Shown: one piece after another, positions 57,616 through 64,000 of the stretch | How positions within the stretch are numbered: the stretch's first letter is position 1 | Layout of the letters: each line of letters begins with the position of its first letter | From: a virus | Virus record (IMG/VR): IMGVR_UViG_3300028920_000055 | Coordinates: 26,052-90,051 of that record | DNA length: 64,000 bases | Reading direction: 5' to 3' (one strand) | Made by a program: the position numbers and the translations under genes | The notes under the pieces: generated by a model | Told to the model about the DNA's origin: nothing | What the model saw: only the letters and a program-made list of their open reading frames with translations | Databases searched by the model: none

Positions 57616-58767
57616 ATGAATCCGCCACAATTCGTTGTACTCGGATTAGGCATTAATGGCCTATTGACTTGCTTTTATCTTAGAAAAAAGTATCCCACTT
57701 GTAAAATTATCGTAATCAGCAAAGGGCCATATTGTAAGTCATTTCTCGATCATCAATATGGTGTACCAATATATTTATATTGGTCGGTTGCTACACATGA
57801 ATTGTTAAAAGATTTACTCGATTTTCGTACAAGGAGATTGAAGATAGGATTGGTGTCTGGTAATAATGTATCATCAATTAAAAAGTTTCCAGAATTTGTT
57901 ATGGATAGAATGGAGTATCTTAAATCTTATTATTACAAATGTAATTTAACAAATGATGGATATGATCCGAAAACTTACAGAGGAATGTCAGATTTCGGTC
58001 ATAATAATTTTATGGTGTGTTCTTTTAATTATCAACAATTAGTAAATAAATTGTATTCAAGGGCAAATGTGGAAGTAATTTATAATACAACAGATTATTG
58101 CATTGACACTTATGGAAGAAAAATTATAATCGAGGAAGGAGATAACAAGGCATTTTGTATTAAATACGATAAATTATTTAGTACAATTCCATTATATTCA
58201 TTGTTGGTCAATCATTATACTGCCGGAGTTCAAAAATTTTCAAAAGATTCTCAATTGGGAATTATTCAAAATCTATATAGTGAAGTAAAAAAAGTATACA
58301 ATGATGCTAACAAGGCTACAAAAGCAAGTTGTATCGTTGATACAAGCGATGTCGGTTTCCCACAATATCAAGGTGGTGGGAAAACAAAAGATTATGATTA
58401 CATTTATGTTGCGTCGCATCCACACTCAATAACTCCAATAAGGAGAATTTCATTTTCGGAAGATGGTAATTATATGTTCATTGAAATCGTAGGTAGTGTC
58501 ACTAATAGTTCATTTAGCTCTCCAACTCAATGTAGAGGATGGATTACATCTCTTTTTAATAATGAAGTTTCTATCGATGGCAAAATGGTAGATTTTGTAC
58601 ACAAAGATTGTAAAATCGTGTTGCCACATATCGTAGACAATATTATAACCGAAGAAATATTGGAAGCATTTAAATGTTTCGGAATTCATTTGTATGGTAG
58701 ATATTCGAGAATGAATACGAGGGGGTTGATTCATCATACCATAGAGCAACTTGAAAAGGAGCTATAA
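57616..58767 (+). CDS. FAD-dependent oxidoreductase-like (UGM/protoporphyrinogen-oxidase fold)
   Basis: VVLGLGINGL dinucleotide loop, YDKLFSTIPL, GI.LYGRY. Confidence 0.7.
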   Translation: MNPPQFVVLGLGINGLLTCFYLRKKYPTCKIIVISKGPYCKSFLDHQYGVPIYLYWSVATHELLKDLLDFRTRRLKIGLVSGNNVSSIKKFPEFVMDRMEYLKSYYYKCNLTNDGYDPKTYRGMSDFGHNNFMVCSFNYQQLVNKLYSRANVEVIYNTTDYCIDTYGRKIIIEEGDNKAFCIKYDKLFSTIPLYSLLVNHYTAGVQKFSKDSQLGIIQNLYSEVKKVYNDANKATKASCIVDTSDVGFPQYQGGGKTKDYDYIYVASHPHSITPIRRISFSEDGNYMFIEIVGSVTNSSFSSPTQCRGWITSLFNNEVSIDGKMVDFVHKDCKIVLPHIVDNIITEEILEAFKCFGIHLYGRYSRMNTRGLIHHTIEQLEKEL

Positions 58768-59702
58768 TGATAGAGAAAATGTGGGAAGCACAAGAGGAAC
58801 AACAAAAGCTGTGGGTGGAAGATTATGATAGTCTTTCAGATAAGGAACAGCTTGAGCTTTTACAGGAATATATTTTATCAATTATGACCAATTCGAGTCG
58901 TGTGTTAGATGAAGTAAATTGGAAATCTAATATATTGTCTCGAAAACAAATTAACACCGATAATATTACCGAACACTGTGTAGATATTTTAAAATACGTC
59001 ATTAACACATTGTTGATATTCGGAGTGTCACCGGTAGACTTTACTAAAAAATTCGATGAAAAAACGGATGCGGTTCAAAAGAAATGGGATTGGGAAAGAA
59101 AAAGAGATCGTCTCAGCGATACAGATTCGATCATTACTATTGATATAGATGGTGTAATAGCTAATTTTAGTGAGTCTTTTACCAGTTTTATTGAAAATAA
59201 AACTGGAAAGCCTCTTGTAACTGATAGAAAATACTTTCATTATTATATGAATGTTGAGGGACTTACTGCCACAGAAGAAGAAAGATTGATGGATGAATTT
59301 ATTAGGGATGGTGGTTTTTGCAGACCAAAAATCTATCCAGGCGCAAAAGATTCTATCGATGTATTAAAATCTGTGGGATTTCATATTGTATTCTTAACAG
59401 CAAGGCCATATAATAAATACAGAAGAATTTTTCGTGACACAACTTGGTGGATGGAAAAGCATAAAGTAAATTATGACGCCATTTTGTGGGATAAAGATAA
59501 AGCGGATGCTATTAAAGCATTACATCCTGCTTTCGTTTTATTTCATGTGGAAGATCGAGATAAACATGCTGTGGAAGTTGCAAACAGCGGAGTTGATGTA
59601 TTGTTATTTGATAAACCCTATAATCAAACCGTAATCCACGATAAAGTACAACGGATTACACGATGGAGCGAAGTAATTGAACGAGCATGTTCGGAGGTGT
59701 AA
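58767..59702 (+). CDS. All-alpha dUTPase/MazG-like domain fused to a HAD 5'(3')-nucleotidase
   Basis: VLDEVNWK and E..VD.LKY; DIDGV, LTARP, VEDR. Confidence 0.8.
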   Translation: MIEKMWEAQEEQQKLWVEDYDSLSDKEQLELLQEYILSIMTNSSRVLDEVNWKSNILSRKQINTDNITEHCVDILKYVINTLLIFGVSPVDFTKKFDEKTDAVQKKWDWERKRDRLSDTDSIITIDIDGVIANFSESFTSFIENKTGKPLVTDRKYFHYYMNVEGLTATEEERLMDEFIRDGGFCRPKIYPGAKDSIDVLKSVGFHIVFLTARPYNKYRRIFRDTTWWMEKHKVNYDAILWDKDKADAIKALHPAFVLFHVEDRDKHAVEVANSGVDVLLFDKPYNQTVIHDKVQRITRWSEVIERACSEV

Positions 59703-59703
59703 G

Positions 59704-60657
59704 ATGAAAGAAATGGAAGTCAAGATGCTTTCTGGAACACAACAGCCGGTAGTTACGGCTATAAAGATTTGGAAAGCATCAAAGGGAGAGGATTTTACTG
59801 ATGTAACTGAAGAAGAATCCAAGGAGTTGTGGCCTCAGTTAGTGTTACAAGATGTACCGGTGCTTGAAAATCTTCATTATCAGTTTCTTTTTCAAAATGT
59901 TCCAGTGTCTTGGCGTGAACAGGCAGTGAGGCATCGCATCGGTGTAAAAGCAGGAGAAAATTATGGTATAGACATTATACCAGATTTTCCAGGATCATCT
60001 TGGTGGAGTCAATCGATGAGGATCAAGAATGTAGGCGGATTTTACCATCGAGGCGATTTTTACATTCCTGAATCGATAAGAGGAAATAAAGAATTACAAG
60101 ACGTGTATACTCACGTTTTGGAATCTATTGGAAATGCTTACACAACTTTGGTGAATTTCGGAATTCCAATGGAAGATGCTCGCAATCTTATCCCTCTTGG
60201 AGCCACACACGATATAAGTTGGGATTTAAGTCATAAAGCAATGCTTTACATTGTAAATAAAAGATCGTGTTGGATACTTCAAGCCGGATTGTGGGTTCCT
60301 ATCATAAAAGAAATGATGTTATCACTTCTTAACTTTTATGGAAGCGAGCAGTTATTGTACGGAATGGGAAAGCCGCCTTGTTACGATCCAAAAGAGGGTA
60401 AGATCGCCGATTGTATTTTCAATTTGGAAAATGAAAGAAGATGGTCTGGGAAAGATAATCTGCCACCATGTCCCATATGGGTATATCTTGCTTGTTACAA
60501 AATAAAATATGGGAACAGCATAGAGATGGCTCACAGATGTTATCCAGAGACTCCACCAGAGGGTTCAGACATAAAAACTTTTGTTAAAGATTTTAAAAGA
60601 CGGTTGAGCCTATATTCAGAAATTTGGGGCGGTGAGATAACTGATATTTTGCTTTAA
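59704..60657 (+). CDS. Divergent ThyX-like flavin-dependent thymidylate synthase homologue
   Basis: REQAVRHR...SQSMR, EDAR.LIP, KR.C...Q; insertion inside the RHR-x7-S motif. Confidence 0.8.
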   Translation: MKEMEVKMLSGTQQPVVTAIKIWKASKGEDFTDVTEEESKELWPQLVLQDVPVLENLHYQFLFQNVPVSWREQAVRHRIGVKAGENYGIDIIPDFPGSSWWSQSMRIKNVGGFYHRGDFYIPESIRGNKELQDVYTHVLESIGNAYTTLVNFGIPMEDARNLIPLGATHDISWDLSHKAMLYIVNKRSCWILQAGLWVPIIKEMMLSLLNFYGSEQLLYGMGKPPCYDPKEGKIADCIFNLENERRWSGKDNLPPCPIWVYLACYKIKYGNSIEMAHRCYPETPPEGSDIKTFVKDFKRRLSLYSEIWGGEITDILL

Positions 60658-60722
60658 TTAGTACAATAATCCCAATCATATTTGCTTTCTCTCGCATTTG
60701 AAACATGAGTATGGAGGGTATT

Positions 60723-61865
60723 ATGAGTTATTTAATGAATACAATAAAAACCATTCCCGGTTTGGAAATAGAGCATGCCGAAGACAGTTATCTTTATGGT
60801 ACACTTAACGGAGAAGTAATGAAATGGATCGATCTTTTTAACGATAGTGGTGTTTGCTCATTGGGATACGATAATCATATTAAATATCATCTTAAAAGAG
60901 CTTTAACACCTCATATGCCCAATATAGTCAGTTTTAAATTCAGAGAAAATGTAGCCGAAGAATTATGTGACATGACAAAAATGAATAAAGTATTTTTTTG
61001 TAACAGTGGTACAGAAGCGATTGAGTCGGCTATTAAAATAATGAGAAAGGCTTCTACAGATACAAAGAAAAGATATATTTATACATATGCGAATGACTTC
61101 CACGGGAGAACATATGGAGCATTGGCGGCAAGTGATGGGCCATCTTATCATTACGAAGGATTTGGTCCACATTTACAAGGATTTAAACATTTCAAATATC
61201 CTCATCAAATTGATTGGGACGTTTGTTCCGGTATTCTCATGTCTACAGTATTCGGTAATCATGATGTAATGGATCACGGCATAGCGGAACTTAAATATTT
61301 AAGATCAATGTGTGATAGGCATAGAATACCACTTTGTTTGGACGAAATACAATGCGGAGCAGGAAGATGTGGAACGTTTAATGCTTTTGATCGATATGCA
61401 ATTGTACCGGATATTCTTTGTCTTGCAAAAGGAATTGCTTGTGGAAATACGTTGGGTGCTTGTTTAGCAAGAGGCAGATATGCTAACACACTTACTCCAG
61501 GTTCACATTTTTCTACATTTGGTGGCGGAATATATGGGTTGTTAGGAGTATTCGAATATATATCAAAGTGGAGAAATGGTGATTTAAATTATCAAGATAT
61601 TGAAAACAAAGCACATTTGTTCAAAATAAAATTGGAAGTAATAAAAGAAATAGACGAAATAAGGCAAGTGGGATTGATGATCGCTGTAAAAGTAAAAGAT
61701 GATACCGCGAAATTGGTTTCAAGAAAATTGTTAGAAAAGGGAGTATTCTTACCAACATTCAGAAGTGATGTTTTAAAAATGGCTCCGGCATTAACAATAA
61801 AAGCAGAAGAAATAGAGTTGTCAATGAATACTTTACAAGACGTAATGGAGGAGGTGTACTCATGA
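60723..61865 (+). CDS. Class III PLP aminotransferase (ArgD-like fold)
   Basis: FFCNSGTEA.E.AIK, FHGRT, DEIQCG.GR.G, PDI...AKG (PLP Lys), STFGG; GGAGGG before ATG 60723. Confidence 0.9.
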   Translation: MSYLMNTIKTIPGLEIEHAEDSYLYGTLNGEVMKWIDLFNDSGVCSLGYDNHIKYHLKRALTPHMPNIVSFKFRENVAEELCDMTKMNKVFFCNSGTEAIESAIKIMRKASTDTKKRYIYTYANDFHGRTYGALAASDGPSYHYEGFGPHLQGFKHFKYPHQIDWDVCSGILMSTVFGNHDVMDHGIAELKYLRSMCDRHRIPLCLDEIQCGAGRCGTFNAFDRYAIVPDILCLAKGIACGNTLGACLARGRYANTLTPGSHFSTFGGGIYGLLGVFEYISKWRNGDLNYQDIENKAHLFKIKLEVIKEIDEIRQVGLMIAVKVKDDTAKLVSRKLLEKGVFLPTFRSDVLKMAPALTIKAEEIELSMNTLQDVMEEVYS

Positions 61866-62509
61866 TTATTGTAATGGAAGGAATCCAGGGAAGTGGTAAA
61901 ACCAGTATTGCAAGAGCATTGGTATCAGAAAGTAAATTTAGATTCAATTTAAAAGGCGTATATTATCATTCATTTGAAAGTAAACCATCATTTTATAATA
62001 ATGGCCTTTGTAGAAAGGCTTTTCAAGACGTAGTTTTTGCTGATTTTCTTAACAAGGTTCCAATTGACGCCGATTTTATCATATTTGATAGATCAATCTT
62101 TTCAGGTTTTGTGTATGATAAATTCGAAAAGGAAAAAACCAAGACAGGCGGAGATAAAACAATACACAAAGATTATTTCCAATTTTGTCTTGAAAAATTT
62201 CACAACGGAGTAAATGGTCCATTAGTAATATTTTATCTCAATACAAAAGTAAATATTGCTCAAAAGAGATTTGATGAAAATAATAGACCGGATAGATTGT
62301 TTCTCGATACTTCTGTACAATATAAAAGATTTTGGAGCTATTATGGCAACCATCTTTCTAATATGGGAATAAAGTTATACATATATCGTAATGATAATAA
62401 TGCAGATTACGTTAATGTTTTGCAAATGGCTCGTTCAGAAATTGTAAGGACAATTAAAATAACGGAAAAGAGGCGACATGACGTACAATCCGAAAGAGAA
62501 AGTGGATGA
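61862..62509 (+). CDS. dNMP (thymidylate-like) kinase
   Basis: EGIQGSGKTS P-loop; IFDRSIFSG.VY. Confidence 0.85.
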   Translation: MIIVMEGIQGSGKTSIARALVSESKFRFNLKGVYYHSFESKPSFYNNGLCRKAFQDVVFADFLNKVPIDADFIIFDRSIFSGFVYDKFEKEKTKTGGDKTIHKDYFQFCLEKFHNGVNGPLVIFYLNTKVNIAQKRFDENNRPDRLFLDTSVQYKRFWSYYGNHLSNMGIKLYIYRNDNNADYVNVLQMARSEIVRTIKITEKRRHDVQSERESG

Positions 62510-64000
62510 ATCAAAGGTATCAAGAGTTGGTTTTGTATTCGATTATCATTCGCCACCTAAAGAAAAGGAACCGAAAGGTTGTGACAGATTTGTAAATTTA
62601 CATAATCATAGTGAATATAGCTTGCTTGATGGAATGTCAAGGATAGAGCGTGGAGTGCTTTCTCTTGACATGGATCGCCTTTATGATACACAAGTAACTC
62701 TTGTAAGAAAGGCGGATTATAATAAGCAACCTGGTGTAGGATTATCAGATCATGGCACATTAGGGGGATTTTTTCGCTTTCATACCGAAGCAGTATCTCA
62801 CAATATAAATCCTATCATTGGTATCGAATTATATGTAATTCCAGATTTAAAAAATTTGTTTAATGTGGATAGTAAGTTTTCTATGCACATGACTATGTTT
62901 GCGAAGTCTTATGATGGATTGCTTAATCTATTTAAGTTGAATAAAATCGCTTGGACAAAGGGATTTTATCGTAAACCAAAGGTTGATTATGAATCTATGA
63001 TCAATTGCAAAGGCGATACAATTCTTCTTTCCGGTTGCGGCGGAGATAGCCCATATTTAAATATTTTGAATAATGAAAATTTATCAAAGCAAGATAAGTG
63101 GGCCAAGATGTGTAAGCTCACAGAGTTTTTTATAATAAATTGGGGAGATGATTTTTATTTTGAAGTCATGCCACACAAATACGATCAACAAGTGATACTT
63201 AATAAGGCATTAATAAAATTGTCAAAGAAGTTTGATGTAAAGTTAGTAGCAACCAACGATACACATTATGCTCGAAAAGAAGATGAGATAACACACGAAG
63301 TGTTGTTGGCGATTCAAGTGCATGATAAATGGGACGATCCTAATAGGTGGACTTTTGGTGTACACGAATTGTATCCGAAAACAAGAAAAGAAATGTTTCG
63401 AGCATTTATGAAATATCATTCCTACATGGGTAAAAATAAAATTAAAGAAGCTCTTGATTCCACTATGGAGATACACGGAAAGGTTTATATCGATATACCA
63501 AAAAGAAAAGAGATGTTGCCTGAACCACTTGTACCAGATGGAATGACTAAGAAAAAATACTTTTTTAAGTTGTTGAGGAAAGGTTGGAGCATTCGTAAAA
63601 TCGAAAGTAAGCAAGCTGTGCTGCTTTCTGAAAAATTAGGAATAAGTCACAAAGAAGCTGTACAAATGTATAAAGATCGTATCAAACACGAATGGAATTT
63701 GATTGATGAATTAGGATTTCCCAATTATTTTCTAATCGTTAGAGAGGTTGTGAATTTTGCTCGAAAAAATAATATAGCTGTAGGGCCTGGAAGAGGATCG
63801 GCGGCGGCATCGGTGATTTGTTATTTGCTTGGTATCACCTCCATTGATCCGCTTGTATATGATCTAATGTTTGAGAGATTTATTTCTAAATATAAAGTTA
63901 CATTGCCAGACATCGATATGGATTTTGAAGATACCAGAAGAGATGAAATAATAGAATGGCTCAAGAAAAGATTCGGAGAGAATAATTTAGTAAACATTGG
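62478..64000 (+). CDS. dnaE: DNA polymerase III alpha subunit (family C), truncated by the window end and absent from the ORF track
   Basis: Manual translation from ATG 62478: LHNHSEYSLLDG, SDHG, GIE, ATNDTHY (PHP); VGPGRGSAA, FERF, PDIDMDF (catalytic core). Confidence 0.95.
   Translation, partial: MTYNPKEKVDESKVSRVGFVFDYHSPPKEKEPKGCDRFVNLHNHSEYSLLDGMSRIERGVLSLDMDRLYDTQVTLVRKADYNKQPGVGLSDHGTLGGFFRFHTEAVSHNINPIIGIELYVIPDLKNLFNVDSKFSMHMTMFAKSYDGLLNLFKLNKIAWTKGFYRKPKVDYESMINCKGDTILLSGCGGDSPYLNILNNENLSKQDKWAKMCKLTEFFIINWGDDFYFEVMPHKYDQQVILNKALIKLSKKFDVKLVATNDTHYARKEDEITHEVLLAIQVHDKWDDPNRWTFGVHELYPKTRKEMFRAFMKYHSYMGKNKIKEALDSTMEIHGKVYIDIPKRKEMLPEPLVPDGMTKKKYFFKLLRKGWSIRKIESKQAVLLSEKLGISHKEAVQMYKDRIKHEWNLIDELGFPNYFLIVREVVNFARKNNIAVGPGRGSAAASVICYLLGITSIDPLVYDLMFERFISKYKVTLPDIDMDFEDTRRDEIIEWLKKRFGENNLVNI

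Noticed and set aside
1-64000. Alternative genetic code or stop-codon reassignment
   Set aside because: Conserved genes are full length in code 11, coding density is high, and TAA, TGA and TAG all end genes.
1-64000. tRNA, rRNA, CRISPR array, integrase/att site or IS element
   Set aside because: Intergenic gaps are short and showed no cloverleaf, repeat-spacer pattern or recombinase motifs by eye; tRNAscan and Infernal were not run.

Overview
A 64 kb segment of a large tailed dsDNA phage genome (about 36% GC by eye). It is siphovirus-like, with an HK97-fold capsid, a TP901-family tape measure and no tail sheath gene. All credible genes are on the + strand. Order: small accessory genes and a GT2; a TerS candidate; membrane/secreted proteins and a metallophosphoesterase; TerL, portal, ChaB-protease, scaffold and major capsid; a ~10.8 kb glycan-synthesis island (7 glycosyltransferase genes, 2 methyltransferases, a DegT aminotransferase, a GNAT) between the capsid and neck genes; neck and tail genes with a clear -1 chaperone frameshift; tail-tip and beta-propeller proteins plus a sulfotransferase; a replication module (SNF2, DnaB, degenerate ADP-ribosylglycohydrolase, primase, 5'-3' exonuclease); and a cluster of divergent nucleotide-metabolism enzymes (SAM-fold protein, FAD oxidoreductase, dUTPase-like/HAD fusion, ThyX-like, class III aminotransferase, dNMP kinase). 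That cluster runs into a DnaE polymerase that the ORF track misses because the window end truncates it. The two best candidate new systems are (1) a pre-replicative DNA base-modification pathway built on an atypical ThyX plus a PLP aminotransferase, and (2) a phage-encoded amino-sugar/O-methyl/sulfate glycan pathway, probably decorating the virion. No tRNA, rRNA, CRISPR array, integrase, intron or intein was recognised. All calls come from motif recognition by eye; no searches were run.
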